Shown piece by piece: positions 22,013-33,688 of a stretch of DNA of 64,000 nucleotides; within the stretch, counting starts at the first letter, position 1, and every line of letters begins with the position of its first letter. The position numbers and the translations under genes were made by a program. Source of the stretch: Candidatus Rokuibacteriota bacterium (GTDB taxonomy: Bacteria; Methylomirabilota; Methylomirabilia; Rokubacteriales; CSP1-6). The stretch lies in contig JACQFL010000028.1 of the NCBI GenBank assembly GCA_016200085.1, forward strand, positions 26,809 to 90,808. The letters run 5' to 3'. Under the pieces are notes generated by a model. It had not been told where the DNA came from. It did not search any database and worked only from the letters and a program-made list of their open reading frames with translations.

Positions 22013-23581
22013 GTGAGCCACGGCGGACCGGTCCACGCCGACACGATCGCGGTCCTCGACTTCGGCTCGCAGACCACCCAGCTGATCGCCCGCCGCATCC
22101 GCGAGCTGGGCGTCTATTCCGAGATCCTGCCCTGCACGCACCCGCTCGACGACATCCTGCGCGCGGGCTACAAGGGCCTCGTGCTGTCGGGCGGCCCCTC
22201 CAGCGTCTACGCGGACGGCGCGCCGTTGCCGCCCCGCGCGCTCTTCGACGCGGGGCTCCCCGTGCTCGGCATCTGCTACGGCATGCAGGCGATGGGACAC
22301 GTGCTCGGCGGGCGCGTGGCGCCGTCGGACCGCAGGGAGTACGGCCGGGCGGAGGTGACCGTCCACGACGCCGGCACACCGCTGCTGCGCGGGGTGACGC
22401 CGGAGCACGACGGCCGGCTGACCGTCTGGATGAGCCACGGCGACACCGTCCTGGCGCCCCCGCCGGGCTTCGCGGTCCACGGGAGGACGGAGACCTCCCC
22501 GGTGGCCGTGATGGCCGACGAGGCGCGTCGCTTCTACGCGGTGCTGTTCCACCCGGAAGTCGCGCACACGCCCCAGGGCACGAAGGTGCTCGAGAACTTC
22601 GTGCAGGCGTGCGGGGCCCGGCGCACGTGGTCGATGGTCTCCTTCGCGGACACCACGATCGCGGCGATCCGGGACCGCGTCGGCGACGACCGCGTGCTCT
22701 GCGCGCTCTCGGGCGGCGTGGACTCCGCGGTGGTCGCCGTGCTGGTGCACCGGGCCATCGGCGACCAGCTGACGTGCGTGTTCGTGGACAACGGCGTGCT
22801 CCGCAAGGGCGAGGCCGAGTCGGTGGCCCACACGTTCCGCGACACGTTCAAGATCAACCTCGTCCACGTCGACGCCTCCAGCCGGTTCCTCGAGACGCTC
22901 GCGGGCGTGACCGATCCCGAGCTCAAGCGCAAGCGGATCGGCGCGGAGTTCATCGCGGTCTTCGAGGAGGAAGCCCGCAAGCTCGGCGACGTCCCCTGGC
23001 TCGCGCAGGGCACCCTCTATCCCGACGTGATCGAGTCGGTGTCGTTCCGCGGCCCCTCGGCGACGATCAAGACCCATCACAACGTCGGCGGCCTGCCCGA
23101 GACGATGGGCTTCAAGCTGGTCGAGCCCCTGCGCGAGCTGTTCAAGGACGAGGTCCGGCGCGTCGGCGAGCTGCTCGGCCTGCCCGCGGAGATCGTGTGG
23201 CGCCAGCCCTTCCCGGGCCCGGGCCTGGCCATCCGCGTGCTGGGGGAAGTGACCCACGACCGGCTCGACCTCTTGCGCGAGGCCGACGCCATCGTGCGCG
23301 ACGAGATCCGCGCCGCCGGCCTGGAGCGGGAGCTGTGGCAGGCCTTCGCGGTGCTGCTGCCCGTGCGCACGGTGGGGGTGATGGGGGATTTCCGGACGTA
23401 CGCCGAGGTCATCGCGCTCCGGGCGGTGACCAGCCAGGATGCCATGACCGCCGACTGGGCGCGGTTGCCCTACGACCTCCTCGGCCGGATCTCGAACCGG
23501 ATCATCAACGAGGTGAAGGGGATCAACCGGGTGGTCTACGACGTCTCGTCCAAGCCGCCCTCGACCATCGAGTGGGAGTGA
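22013..23581 (+). CDS. guaA: GMP synthase (glutamine-hydrolysing)
   Basis: [44 protein letters not shown]. Confidence 0.98.
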   Translation: MSHGGPVHADTIAVLDFGSQTTQLIARRIRELGVYSEILPCTHPLDDILRAGYKGLVLSGGPSSVYADGAPLPPRALFDAGLPVLGICYGMQAMGHVLGGRVAPSDRREYGRAEVTVHDAGTPLLRGVTPEHDGRLTVWMSHGDTVLAPPPGFAVHGRTETSPVAVMADEARRFYAVLFHPEVAHTPQGTKVLENFVQACGARRTWSMVSFADTTIAAIRDRVGDDRVLCALSGGVDSAVVAVLVHRAIGDQLTCVFVDNGVLRKGEAESVAHTFRDTFKINLVHVDASSRFLETLAGVTDPELKRKRIGAEFIAVFEEEARKLGDVPWLAQGTLYPDVIESVSFRGPSATIKTHHNVGGLPETMGFKLVEPLRELFKDEVRRVGELLGLPAEIVWRQPFPGPGLAIRVLGEVTHDRLDLLREADAIVRDEIRAAGLERELWQAFAVLLPVRTVGVMGDFRTYAEVIALRAVTSQDAMTADWARLPYDLLGRISNRIINEVKGINRVVYDVSSKPPSTIEWE

Positions 23582-23594
23582 CCGGGCCGGCCTG

Positions 23595-26500
23595 ATGCAC
23601 CACGCCGAGTTCGTCCACCTCCACGTCCACTCGGAGTACAGCCTGCTCGACGGCGCGGCCCAGCTCGAGAAGCTCGTCAAGAAGGCCAAGGAGCTCCACT
23701 TCCCGGCGCTCGCGCTCACCGACCACGGCAACCTCTTCGGCGCGGTGGACTTCTACCTCGCCGCGCAGAAGGCGGGCATCAAGCCGATCGTCGGGTGCGA
23801 GCTCTACATCGCGCCGGGCGCTCGCCGGGAGCGTGGCTCCCAGGACGGCGGCTACGAGGGCGCCAACCACCTGACCGTTCTCGTCCGCGACCTGGCGGGC
23901 TACCGGAACCTCATCAAGCTCGTCTCCAAGGCCTACCTCGAGGGCTTCTACTACAAGCCGCGGGTGGACCGGGAGCTGCTCGCCGAGCACGCGGAGGGGC
24001 TGGTCGTGCTCTCGGGCTGCCTGAACTCCGAGGTCTCGCGCCTGATCTCCGCCGGCGAGGTCGACCGTGCGAAGCAGGCCGCGGGCTGGTACCAGGAGGT
24101 CTTCGGGCGCGACCACTACTTCATGGAAGTCCAGGCCCACGGCATGGACGAGCAGGTGCGGGTCACGGCCGAGACCCTGAAGATCGCCCGGGCGCTCGGG
24201 GCGCCGGTGGCGGGCACGAACGACTCGCACTACCTCGAGGCCGGCCACGGGCGCGCTCACGAGGCGCTCCTGTGCATCCAGACCGGCTCCACCCTCAACG
24301 ACCCCAAGCGCTGGCGGTTCGCGACCCAGGAGTTCTACGTCAAGTCGGCCGAGGAGATGGCCCGGGTCTTCGCCGAGATCCCGGAGGCCTGCCGCAACAC
24401 CATTGCCGTCGCCGAGCGCTGCAACCTCACGCTCGACTTCGGGCGCTTCCACCTGCCCCGTTACGCCGTGCCCGAGGGCCACACGCTCGAGAGCTATCTC
24501 GAGCACCTCGCGCGGGAGGGCCTGCGGCGGCGCTACGGCGCATCCCCGGGGGACGAGATCGAGGGGCGGCTCGCGCACGAGCTGCGGATCATCGAGAAGA
24601 TGGGGTTTGCCGGCTACTTCCTCGTCGTGTGGGACTTCATCCACTACGCGCGCCAGCAGGGGATCGCGGTGGGGCCGGGGCGCGGCTCCTCGGCCGGCTC
24701 GCTCGTGGCCTACTGCCTGGGGATCACCAACGTCGACCCGATGCGCTACGGCCTGCTCTTCGAGCGCTTCCTCAACCCCGAGCGGATCTCGATGCCGGAC
24801 ATGGACATCGACTTCGCCGACGACCGCCGCGACGAGGTGATTCGCTACGTGGCCGAGCGCTACGGCCACGAGCGCGTGGCCCACATCATCACCTTCGGCA
24901 CCCTCGGGGCCAAGGCCGCCATCCGCGACGTCGGGCGCGTGCTCGGCATGACGTACGCCGACGTCGATCGCATCGCCAAGCTGGTGCCGAACTTCCCGCT
25001 CAACATCACGCTCGACGACGCCTATCAAAAATCGCCGCCTCTCGCGGAAATGGTGCGCAGCCAACCCGGGGTCCAGGAATTGTGGGACATCGCCCGCACG
25101 CTGGAGGGCTGCACCCGCCACGCCTCCGTCCACGCCTCGGCGGTGGTGATCTCCGACGAGCCCCTCGACGAGCACGTCCCGCTCTACAAGGACCCCAAGC
25201 GCCCGGAGCTCATCACCGGCTTCGCCATGGGCCCCATCGAGAAGCTGGGGCTGCTCAAGATGGACTTCCTCGGGCTGCGCACGCTCACCGTGCTCGCCAA
25301 CACCGTGGCGCTCATCAAGGAGTCCCGGGGGATCGACGTCGAGCTGGACGCCGTGCCGCTCGACGACGCGAGGACCTACGCGCTCCTGTCCGAGGCCAAG
25401 ACCTTCGGCGTGTTCCAGCTGGAGTCCTCGGGCATGCGGGACGCCCTGCGCGGGCTGCGGCCCGAGCGGCTCGAGGACGTCATCGCGATGGTCTCGCTCT
25501 ATCGCCCGGGCCCGATGGAGCTCATCCCGGACTTCATCAACCGCCGGCACGGACGCGCGAAGATCGCGTACGAGCACCCCGCCATGGAGAAGCTCACGCG
25601 GGAGACCTACGGGATCATGGTCTACCAGGAGCAGATCATGCAGATCGCCTCGGAGATGGCCGGCTTCACCATGGGTGAGGCCGACACCCTCCGGCGGGCC
25701 ATGGGCAAGAAGGACCGCGATCTCATGGCCACCCAGAAGGCGAAGTTCGTTGGCGGCTGCGCCGAGCGCAAGATCACCGCCGCCAAAGCCGAGCGCGTCT
25801 GGGAGCTGATGGAGAAGTTCGCGGGCTACGGCTTCAACAAGTGCCTGAGCGGCGACGCGCTCATCGAGCTCGCCGACGGTTCGCGCAAGCCGATCACGGA
25901 GATCCGCGACGGCGACCGCGTCGTGACCAAGGACGGCGTGTTCCTTGCGCGCGCGGTCCGTCCGAGCGGGATCCGGCGCGTCGGCACCCTGCGCCTCGCG
26001 AATGGCATGACCGTCTGCTGCACGCCCGACCATCCCGTGTTCACGCAGCGGGGGTGGGTGAACGCGGAGAGGCTCCTCGCGGACGATTTCATTGCGGTCG
26101 CTCGCGATCTGCCATGCGGAACCGAGAGCGTCCCACACCATCTGCCTGCTCTGCTCGGCTACGCGCTCTCGGAAGGCGGGCTCAACTACGACGGCCACTT
26201 CTATCTCTTCTCGACTGTCCGTGACGAGCTCGACGACATGGCGCGGCTCGTGGGCGCCTTCAGGAACACGCGCGCACGGATCGAGCAGCGGCCAGACGAC
26301 CGGGTGGCATCGGTCCGGCCGGTCCGGATCGACCGGAGGGTCCAGTCGGGCGCGGTCGAGTTCCTGTTCGACACGTGTGGGCTTCGCGGCGCGACGGCGC
26401 TGACCAAGCGCGTTCCGGCGTTGGTCGACGGTTGGGATCGTCACGCGATCGCGACTCTTGTCGCCAAGATGTTCCAGGGCGACGGTTGTGTGCATCGAGG

Positions 26501-28334
26501 GACGCGCTCCGTCTATTACGCGACGTCATCGGAACGGTTGGCCCGTGACGTCCAGCGACTCCTCCTGAAGCTGGGGGTCGCCTCGACGATCCACACCAAA
26601 CGGTTTGCCTACCGGGGCGGCCGGCGGACCGGCTACACCGTCAACGTCCTGGGTGGTCGGACGGCCTACGTTCGACTGGAGATGCTGATCGGTCCGCACC
26701 TCGTGGGCGTGAAGCAGCGCACTCTGACTGCGCTGGCGACGTCCTATGTCGGGTCTTCGATGGTAATGGCGCGTGGAGCCGTGGACGTCATACCGGCCTC
26801 GCTGTGCCGTGATGCCGTGCGGGAGGCCATCGCCAAGGGCTACCCGACCCTGAAGACGGGATGCCGAGCGCTCGGGATCTCGTACCGGCTTCTCTTCGCG
26901 GACACGCGCAAACGGGGCATCCGCCGCGACACCCTGTTGTACCTGGCCGAACGCCTCGACGCGCCCGCGATCGAAGCTCTGCTCGCTCCGCCCACCACCT
27001 GGTCGCGACCTCGTGGATTCACGCTCGAGCGCAGTGAGCCCACCTATGACATCGAGGTGCCCGGCGCCAGGAGCTTCATCGCCAACGGCATCGCCGTCCA
27101 CAACTCGCACGCGGCGGCCTACGCGCTGGTGGCGTACCAGACGGCGTACTTCAAGGCGAACTATTCGACGGAGTTCATGGCCGCGCTCCTCACCTCGGAG
27201 ATGGGCGACACCGACAAGATCGTGAAGTACGTCGACGAGTGCCGCGTCATGGGCATCGCGGTGCAGCCGCCCGACGTCAACGCCTCGGGGGTGCGCTTCA
27301 CCGTCGACGGCGCGGCCATCCGCTTCGGGCTGGCCGCCATCAAGAACGTCGGCGAGTCGGCCATGGAGTCCATCCTCAAGACGCGCGCCGAGCAGGGACC
27401 GTTCACCACGCTGAACGACTTCTGCGCCCGGGTCGACCTCCGTCTCGTCAACCGCCGGGTGATCGAGAGCCTGATCAAGGCCGGCGCCTTCGACTCCCTC
27501 GGGCTGACGCGCGCGCACCTGCTGATCACGTGCGACGCGGCGCTGGACAGCGGCCAGCGCGTGCAGCGCGAGCGCGCTGAGGGGCAGGCCTCGTTCTTCG
27601 ACCTGCTCCCGGCGCCCACGGCGGCGCCGGCGGCGGAGCCGAGCGAGCCGGTGATGGCGGAGTGGGAGGTGGACCAGCGGCTGGCCTTCGAGAAGGAGGT
27701 CCTCGGGTTCTACGTCTCCGGCCACCCGCTCGCGCGCTACCGGCCCATGGTCGAGTCGCTCGGGATCACGCCCACCTCCGAGCTGGCGGGCAAGAGCCCG
27801 GGCGCGCGCGTGCTCCTGTTCGGCCAGGTCGCGACCCTGAAGGAGACCTCGACGAAGAGCGGCAACCGCATGGCCTTCGTCACCCTCGAGGACATGGAGG
27901 GCACCGTGGAGGTCACGGTGTTCCCGGAGCCGTTCAAGGCGGCCGCGGAGCACCTGCGCGGGCGCGAGCCGCTGCTCGTGCGCGGCCGCGTCGACGACGG
28001 GGACAAGGGTCGCGCCATCCTCGCCGAGGACGTCCGGCTGCTCGCCCAGGCGCTCGAGCAGCGCGCCGAGCGCGGCGGCGCCGTCGAGGCGAGCGCGCTC
28101 CGGATCCGGGTGACCGCCGGCGGCGATCCGCGGGACGCGGTCGCCCGGCTGCGGGAGGCCTGCGGCCAGCACCCGGGACGCGTGGCGGTCTTCGTCCACG
28201 TGCTCCTCCCGGACCACGAGGTCGTCGTGCGCGCGCGGGGCGTCGCCGTGGACGCCGGCGGGGAGCTCCTCACCAAGCTGGAGGCGCTGCTGGGACCGGG
28301 GGCCGCCACCATCGACTATGCCGGACGGGCTTGA
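23595..28334 (+). CDS. dnaE: DNA polymerase III alpha subunit, intein-containing
   Basis: [36 protein letters not shown]|intein|SHAAAY. Confidence 0.97.
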   Translation: MHHAEFVHLHVHSEYSLLDGAAQLEKLVKKAKELHFPALALTDHGNLFGAVDFYLAAQKAGIKPIVGCELYIAPGARRERGSQDGGYEGANHLTVLVRDLAGYRNLIKLVSKAYLEGFYYKPRVDRELLAEHAEGLVVLSGCLNSEVSRLISAGEVDRAKQAAGWYQEVFGRDHYFMEVQAHGMDEQVRVTAETLKIARALGAPVAGTNDSHYLEAGHGRAHEALLCIQTGSTLNDPKRWRFATQEFYVKSAEEMARVFAEIPEACRNTIAVAERCNLTLDFGRFHLPRYAVPEGHTLESYLEHLAREGLRRRYGASPGDEIEGRLAHELRIIEKMGFAGYFLVVWDFIHYARQQGIAVGPGRGSSAGSLVAYCLGITNVDPMRYGLLFERFLNPERISMPDMDIDFADDRRDEVIRYVAERYGHERVAHIITFGTLGAKAAIRDVGRVLGMTYADVDRIAKLVPNFPLNITLDDAYQKSPPLAEMVRSQPGVQELWDIARTLEGCTRHASVHASAVVISDEPLDEHVPLYKDPKRPELITGFAMGPIEKLGLLKMDFLGLRTLTVLANTVALIKESRGIDVELDAVPLDDARTYALLSEAKTFGVFQLESSGMRDALRGLRPERLEDVIAMVSLYRPGPMELIPDFINRRHGRAKIAYEHPAMEKLTRETYGIMVYQEQIMQIASEMAGFTMGEADTLRRAMGKKDRDLMATQKAKFVGGCAERKITAAKAERVWELMEKFAGYGFNKCLSGDALIELADGSRKPITEIRDGDRVVTKDGVFLARAVRPSGIRRVGTLRLANGMTVCCTPDHPVFTQRGWVNAERLLADDFIAVARDLPCGTESVPHHLPALLGYALSEGGLNYDGHFYLFSTVRDELDDMARLVGAFRNTRARIEQRPDDRVASVRPVRIDRRVQSGAVEFLFDTCGLRGATALTKRVPALVDGWDRHAIATLVAKMFQGDGCVHRGTRSVYYATSSERLARDVQRLLLKLGVASTIHTKRFAYRGGRRTGYTVNVLGGRTAYVRLEMLIGPHLVGVKQRTLTALATSYVGSSMVMARGAVDVIPASLCRDAVREAIAKGYPTLKTGCRALGISYRLLFADTRKRGIRRDTLLYLAERLDAPAIEALLAPPTTWSRPRGFTLERSEPTYDIEVPGARSFIANGIAVHNSHAAAYALVAYQTAYFKANYSTEFMAALLTSEMGDTDKIVKYVDECRVMGIAVQPPDVNASGVRFTVDGAAIRFGLAAIKNVGESAMESILKTRAEQGPFTTLNDFCARVDLRLVNRRVIESLIKAGAFDSLGLTRAHLLITCDAALDSGQRVQRERAEGQASFFDLLPAPTAAPAAEPSEPVMAEWEVDQRLAFEKEVLGFYVSGHPLARYRPMVESLGITPTSELAGKSPGARVLLFGQVATLKETSTKSGNRMAFVTLEDMEGTVEVTVFPEPFKAAAEHLRGREPLLVRGRVDDGDKGRAILAEDVRLLAQALEQRAERGGAVEASALRIRVTAGGDPRDAVARLREACGQHPGRVAVFVHVLLPDHEVVVRARGVAVDAGGELLTKLEALLGPGAATIDYAGRA
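25842..27104 (+). mobile_element. Intein (421 aa) with LAGLIDADG homing endonuclease, in dnaE
   Basis: Begins CLSGDA after YGFNK; block B TPDHPVFT; [10 protein letters not shown] and [10 protein letters not shown] motifs; ends [10 protein letters not shown] followed by Ser; more A/T-ending codons than the exteins. Confidence 0.95.
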
Positions 28335-29280
28335 CTTCGAGCAGCCGCTCCTCGAGCTCGAGGCGAAGCTCGCGGAGCTGCGCGCCGATGCCGACGGCGC
28401 CGCCGACGAGATCGTGCGCACCGAGGAGCGTCTCGATCGGCTGCGCCGGCGGGTCTTCGCGGGCCTGACGGCCTGGCAGCGCACCCAGCTCGCCCGCCAC
28501 CCGAAGCGGCCGCACACCGCGGACCTCGTCAAGCTGCTGTTCGAGGATTTCCTCGAGCTCCACGGCGATCGCGTCTTCGGCGACGACCAGGCCATCGTGG
28601 GTGGTCTGGCGCGCTTCGAGGGCCGCAGCGTGGTGGTCGTCGGCCATCAGAAGGGGCGAGAGACGCGCGAGAAGATCGCGCGGCACTTCGGCATGCCGCA
28701 TCCCGAGGGCTACCGCAAGGCCCTCCGGCTCATGGAGATGGCCGACCGGTTCGGCAAGCCGCTGGTCACGTTCATCGACACCCCGGGCGCCTACCCCGGC
28801 ATCGGCGCCGAGGAGCGGGGCCAGGCCGCAGCCATCGCCCGCAACCTGCGCGTCATGTCGTCGCTGCGCATCCCGGTGATCGCGATGGTCACGGGCGAGG
28901 GGGGCAGCGGCGGCGCGCTCGCCATCGGGGTGGCCAACCGCGTGCTGATGCTCGAGTACGCGGTCTACTCCGTGATCACGCCCGAGGGCTGCGCGGCGAT
29001 CCTGTGGAACGACGCGGGCAAGGCGCCGGAGGCGGCGGAGATCATGCGCATCACTCCGCCCGATCTCCTGCGGCTGGGCGTCATCGACACGATCGTGGCC
29101 GAGCCGCCGGGCGGCGCCCACCGGGACTGGGAGGCGACCGCCGCCAGCGTCCGTTCCGCCCTCCGCCTCGCGCTCGACGCGCTCGCCCAGCTCTCGCCCC
29201 ACACCCTCGTCCGCGAGCGTTACGAAAAATTCCGTCGCATCGGCGCCTGGGAAGAAGAAGCCGCGCCCCGCCCGCGCTGA
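28318..29280 (+). CDS. accA: Acetyl-CoA carboxylase carboxyltransferase alpha
   Basis: [42 protein letters not shown]. Confidence 0.97.
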   Translation: MPDGLDFEQPLLELEAKLAELRADADGAADEIVRTEERLDRLRRRVFAGLTAWQRTQLARHPKRPHTADLVKLLFEDFLELHGDRVFGDDQAIVGGLARFEGRSVVVVGHQKGRETREKIARHFGMPHPEGYRKALRLMEMADRFGKPLVTFIDTPGAYPGIGAEERGQAAAIARNLRVMSSLRIPVIAMVTGEGGSGGALAIGVANRVLMLEYAVYSVITPEGCAAILWNDAGKAPEAAEIMRITPPDLLRLGVIDTIVAEPPGGAHRDWEATAASVRSALRLALDALAQLSPHTLVRERYEKFRRIGAWEEEAAPRPR

Positions 29281-29313
29281 CGACGTCGCGCGGCTCGATA
29301 CTCGACCTCGACG

Positions 29314-29468
29314 CGGCGGGGGGCGGGGTCACGGGCCGGGGCTCTCAGCGATCCGTGGAGTACGGGCTGACCTCGGCGGGCGCTCGAACCGTCACGCGGC
29401 GTCACACCATCGAGACCACAGTCAGTCGGATCGAGGAGAGCCCCGGCCCGTGACCCCGTCCCCCGCCG
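29314..29468 (+). repeat. Arm-core-arm element copy A (42-bp inverted arms, 71-nt core)
   Basis: Arms 29314..29355 / 29427..29468 pair at 39/42; CGAGACCACAGTCAGTCGGATCG (29411..29433) is identical in copy B. Confidence 0.85.
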
Positions 29469-29484
29469 GGACGACGCGCGCTAC

Positions 29485-30474
29485 CTAGTCCTTGAGGAGG
29501 GCGTCGGCCACGTCCTCGTCGGTGACGAGGACGTTGAGGCAGTGGGCGTGGATCGCGCCACGCACGGCCTCGATCTTGGAGCGGCCGCCGGCGACCCCGA
29601 TCACGAAGCGATCGTCGCGGCGGGAGAGGGCCTGCAGCCGGTCGTAGCCCACCGCGAGCATCCGCCGCATGAGGATCCGGAGCTCGGGGCGATCGACGAT
29701 CCGCCCTTCGCCGTCGAAGGGCTGGTAGTTGATCTCGCCCACGACGCCGAGCTGGCGCAGCCGCTTCACGCTGACCCCGTAGGCCTCGGCGAGCGAGCAG
29801 AAGCCCGGGGTCTGCTCGGCGATCTGGCCGATCCCGAGGAGCGCGACGTCCACCGACTGCGCGGCGTCGTAGATCTTCCGGACTTCCGGATCGCGCAGCA
29901 GGCGCCGCCGCTCGCGCTCGATCTGGGTGAGCGACACGAGGTGCTGCACGGGCAGCGCATAGGCCGTGACGTGAGGCCGGTACTTCGCCGCCATCATCCC
30001 GACCAGGGTGTTGGGTGAGAGGTCGACCAGCTTCAGCGTGCTCTCGCCGGAGAGGGGATAAAGCGCGAGGTCGCGCAGCCGGCGCTCGTGCAGGGCGCGG
30101 ATGGTCTGGTACAGGGTGAAGCCGCAGGAGAGCCCGATGCGCATGCCGTTGGCCGCGACTTTCTCGAAGTAGGCCGCCGCGGCCACCCCCAGGGCCTCCC
30201 GCACGTCGCCACGACCGCCGGCGGCGATGACGACGGCGTCGCGCAGCCCGTGCCGCTGGACCAGACGGCTCTCCAGCTCCTGGGTGCGCGGCAGGTCGAG
30301 CTCCACGCGTACGAGCCCCTCGTCCATGGCGCGCTTGAGCAGGCGGGACACGGTGGCCGCCGAGAGCCCCACGGCGCGCGCGATGTCCTTCTGGCTCTGG
30401 CCGTGGCGGTAGTAGAGGTCCAGGCACTGGACCATCTGGCGAAGCTCGCCGGGGCGGCGAGAAATTAATTTCAC
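29485..30474 (-). CDS. SorC/DeoR-type sugar-binding transcriptional regulator (CggR-like)
   Basis: LYYRHGQSQKDIARAVGLSAATVSRLL HTH; IGLSCGFTL, ALLGIG, GVAGGRSK, VLVTDE; start GTG inferred. Confidence 0.9.
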   Translation of the reverse strand: MKLISRRPGELRQMVQCLDLYYRHGQSQKDIARAVGLSAATVSRLLKRAMDEGLVRVELDLPRTQELESRLVQRHGLRDAVVIAAGGRGDVREALGVAAAAYFEKVAANGMRIGLSCGFTLYQTIRALHERRLRDLALYPLSGESTLKLVDLSPNTLVGMMAAKYRPHVTAYALPVQHLVSLTQIERERRRLLRDPEVRKIYDAAQSVDVALLGIGQIAEQTPGFCSLAEAYGVSVKRLRQLGVVGEINYQPFDGEGRIVDRPELRILMRRMLAVGYDRLQALSRRDDRFVIGVAGGRSKIEAVRGAIHAHCLNVLVTDEDVADALLKD

Positions 30475-30521
30475 GTTCGTAAAGTTCTTGCTTGACGGGT
30501 CCAGTGTACGCCTCGTATGCT
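30461..30521 (+). promoter_or_regulatory. fbp promoter and adjacent AT-rich palindrome
   Basis: TTGACG (30492)-18 nt-TATGCT (30516); perfect palindrome GAAATTAATTTC at 30461..30472. Confidence 0.55.
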
Positions 30522-30575
30522 CCGGACCAAGGAAAATTCTCGAGCCCGTCACCCCAGAACCGCAAGGAGGCCGGC

Positions 30576-32072
30576 ATGGGAGACAAGCGCTACGGACCCC
30601 CCAAGGGGTCCACCGGGATGTCCGACTACCACCAGTCCCGGGACGAGCTGGCGGGGCTGCCCCAGACCGTCGCCGAGAAGATCCCGGTCACCAACACTCC
30701 GAACATCTTCTCCTACAAGTCCTACGTGTTCGCCAAGAACCCCGCGCTGGTGCAGCGCTACATCAAGGCCACCAAGGCCGACGTTGGCGGCGTGGGCGGG
30801 CATGTGGTCGCCGCCGAAGAGGTGAAGTCGATCATCGCCAAGTTCGTGATGGACAACAACGGCTACAACGGCGAGCCGATCTTCACCTCGCTGATCGTCA
30901 CCCACACCGGCGACGACGTCGCGGTGACGGGCATCATGGCGGAGTCGGTCGACATGAGCGTGGTCGACGAGCTGATGTGGGACGCCCTCAACGAGGGCGC
31001 GCGCAAGGCGGCCGAGCTCGGGCTCTACGGCCCGGGTCAGGACCTCGTGGCCGACGCCTTCACGGGCAACCTGCGCGGGACGGGGCCGGCCACCGTGGCC
31101 CTCGCGCTGCCCGTGCGCAAGGACAACGCCTCCCAGACCGTGCTCGTGTCCTACGCCGACAAGACCGAGCCCATGGCCTTCAACTACTACGCCACCGGCG
31201 CGTACCTGCTGCCGCGGTTCAACACCGGGCTGGTCATCGCCGCCTCGAAGATGAAGCGCGGCTACATCTTCGACGTCGTCGACCTGGACACCAAGGCGCA
31301 GGCCATCGAGGCGGGCGCGCACCCGCGCGATCAGAAGGCGCTGGACGGCAAGATGGAGGAGCTGGCCAAGGGATTACAGGAAAAGGTCATCTCGCTGCGC
31401 GGCCCCGAGGACCTCTACGACATCGAGGGGCTCTGCCGCTCCTCCCGCTTCGTCATCGCCCGCATCTGGAGCCGCAACGACAATGGCGAGCGCGATTCCC
31501 TCGGCTACATCTGCTCGGCCGAGCGGCTGCACAACATCAAGACCAAGAAGGGCTTCACCTACGGCGGCAAGGACGACCCGGTGCTGCTGGCCTTCGCCCA
31601 GGGCGACTGGCCGGCGCCGGGCGAGATCACCTCGCCGTGGGCGGCGGCGCCGATGGTGGCGGGCGATTGCCGCGGCAGCCACAACCTGCACATCCTGCCC
31701 ATGCCCATCAACTCCCAGACCTCGTACTGGTCGGGCCCGATCATCTCGGCGGTCACGCTGTCCTGCAACATCCACACGGGCCGGATCGGCGCCATCTCCG
31801 ACCAGTTCGCGCTCGGCACGCCGTGGGACGTGGTGCGCCAGCAGGCCGCGCAGCTCGCCATCCAGTTCCGCAACGCGCACGGCATCAAGCAGCCCGCGAC
31901 CCTGCACGAGGACGAGCTCGAGTACCAGGAGGGCTGGAAGGAGCGTCGCGCGCGCCTCGAGCAGTCCTTCGAGTTCCGCCCGGCCTTCACGCTGGGCAAC
32001 GGCGACGGCCACAGCGTCAACGGCGGGGCGAAGCCCGCCGCGGTCGGCGCGGGCAAGAGCGAGACCGACTGA
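30576..32072 (+). CDS. fbp: Fructose-1,6-bisphosphate aldolase/phosphatase (class V FBPase), long divergent variant
   Basis: KADVGGVGGH, GDDV, LYGPGQDL..DAFTGN.RG.GP, DKTEPMAFN, RLHNI, YGGKDDP, RGSH, ELEY; AAGGAGG RBS. Confidence 0.88.
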   Translation: MGDKRYGPPKGSTGMSDYHQSRDELAGLPQTVAEKIPVTNTPNIFSYKSYVFAKNPALVQRYIKATKADVGGVGGHVVAAEEVKSIIAKFVMDNNGYNGEPIFTSLIVTHTGDDVAVTGIMAESVDMSVVDELMWDALNEGARKAAELGLYGPGQDLVADAFTGNLRGTGPATVALALPVRKDNASQTVLVSYADKTEPMAFNYYATGAYLLPRFNTGLVIAASKMKRGYIFDVVDLDTKAQAIEAGAHPRDQKALDGKMEELAKGLQEKVISLRGPEDLYDIEGLCRSSRFVIARIWSRNDNGERDSLGYICSAERLHNIKTKKGFTYGGKDDPVLLAFAQGDWPAPGEITSPWAAAPMVAGDCRGSHNLHILPMPINSQTSYWSGPIISAVTLSCNIHTGRIGAISDQFALGTPWDVVRQQAAQLAIQFRNAHGIKQPATLHEDELEYQEGWKERRARLEQSFEFRPAFTLGNGDGHSVNGGAKPAAVGAGKSETD

Positions 32073-32135
32073 TCGACGCCGGGGCCTCATGGCCCCGACG
32101 GCGATCAGGCGATCAACGGGCGACTGGATTACCGC

Positions 32136-32165
32136 GTAGGAGGGGGCCGCGCGGCCCCCTCCTAC
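32136..32165. repeat. Perfect 30-bp palindrome (REP-like/terminator)
   Basis: gtaggagggggccgc|gcggccccctcctac downstream of fbp. Confidence 0.8.
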
Positions 32166-32347
32166 ACCTGCCCCGCACCTGTTCCGCCGCGATTGGTGAT
32201 CGAGGGGCGCCCGGGGTCCTCCTGCGCCTCCCCCCGCATATCTCCCTCCTCGATTGCTCATCAACGGGGCCGGTGATGTCGCGGCTGGTTTGACTTCATT
32301 TATCGTGGGTGCTACGGTCGGTCGAAGGTAAACGCGCGGAAAGATTG

Positions 32348-33688
32348 ATGGCGAAGCTGCATCTCATCACCTACGGCTGTCAGATGAACGAGTACGACTC
32401 CGAGCGGGTCGCCGGCTTGCTCAAGTCGCGGCAGTACGACCTCACCGAGGACGAGAGCGATGCCGACCTCATCCTGCTCAACACCTGCGCCATCCGCGAG
32501 AAGGCCGAGGACAAGGTGTTCTCCAGGCTCGGCCAGCTGCGCGCGCTCAAGCAGCGCCGGCCCGACGTCGTCATCGGCGTGATGGGCTGCATGGCGCAGC
32601 TGCACCAGGCGGAGATCCAGCGCCGCGCCCCCATCGTCGACCTCGTCTTCGGCTCGCCGGCCATTGCCCGGGTGGGCGAGCTGGTCGAGGCGGTGCGCCA
32701 GGGACGCCGGCGGATCCTCGACACCGGCGAGGCGCCGCTGGTCAAGATCACCGCGCGGCCGGCCTCGGCGTCGCGGCTCAAGGCGTACGTGACGGTGATG
32801 GAGGGGTGCGAGAAGCACTGCACGTTCTGCGTCGTGCCCACCACGCGCGGCCGCGAGCGCAGCCATGCGCCCGCGACGATCCTCGACGAGATCCGCGGCC
32901 TCGTCGCCGAGGGGTGCCGCGAGGTGACCCTGCTGGGCCAGACCGTCAACGCGTACGGGCGCGACCTCACCCCGCCGACCGACCTCGCGGTGCTGTTCGC
33001 CCAGGTCGACGCGATCGAGGGCCTTGCGCGCATCCGCTTCACGACGTCCAACCCCTACAACCTGACCGCCCGGCTCATCGCCGCCATCCGCGACGTCCCC
33101 AAGGTCTGCGAGTACTTCCATCTCCCCCTCCAGTCGGGCTCTGACCGCGTGCTCGCGGCCATGAACCGCGGCTACACGCGCGGCGAGTACCTGCGCCTCG
33201 TGGACGCCCTCCGCGAGGCGGTGCCGGACATCGCGCTGTCCACCGACGTCATCGTCGGCTTCCCGGGCGAGACGGAGGAGGACTTCCGGGCGACGCTCGA
33301 GGCCGCGGCCGCGGTCGGCTACGACAACGCCTTCGTGTTCCGGTACTCGCCCCGGCCCGGCACTCCGGCGGCGGCGATGCCCGGGCAGATCGCCCCCGAG
33401 GTCAAGGCCGAGCGCAACGCCCGCCTGCTCGAGGTCACCCGGCGCAGTGCGGCCGCGCGAAGCGACCGGCTCGCGGGACGCACCGTCGAGGTCCTGGTCG
33501 ACGGCGCCTCGCGCAAGAGCGCCCGCGAGCTGTCGGGCCGAACGCGCTGCAACCGCGTGGTGAACTTCGACGGGCAGGGGAGGGTCGCCCCCGGCGACCT
33601 GGTCCACGCCGTCATCGACGAGGTCCTGCCGCACAGCCTGCGCGGACACCTCGCGCCATCGGAGGAGGCCGTATGTTCGTGGAGATGA
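32348..33688 (+). CDS. miaB: tRNA ms2i6A37 methylthiotransferase
   Basis: TYGCQMNEYDS, NTCAIREKAE, CEKHCTFC, LLGQTVNAY, TRAM domain. Confidence 0.96.
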   Translation: MAKLHLITYGCQMNEYDSERVAGLLKSRQYDLTEDESDADLILLNTCAIREKAEDKVFSRLGQLRALKQRRPDVVIGVMGCMAQLHQAEIQRRAPIVDLVFGSPAIARVGELVEAVRQGRRRILDTGEAPLVKITARPASASRLKAYVTVMEGCEKHCTFCVVPTTRGRERSHAPATILDEIRGLVAEGCREVTLLGQTVNAYGRDLTPPTDLAVLFAQVDAIEGLARIRFTTSNPYNLTARLIAAIRDVPKVCEYFHLPLQSGSDRVLAAMNRGYTRGEYLRLVDALREAVPDIALSTDVIVGFPGETEEDFRATLEAAAAVGYDNAFVFRYSPRPGTPAAAMPGQIAPEVKAERNARLLEVTRRSAAARSDRLAGRTVEVLVDGASRKSARELSGRTRCNRVVNFDGQGRVAPGDLVHAVIDEVLPHSLRGHLAPSEEAVCSWR

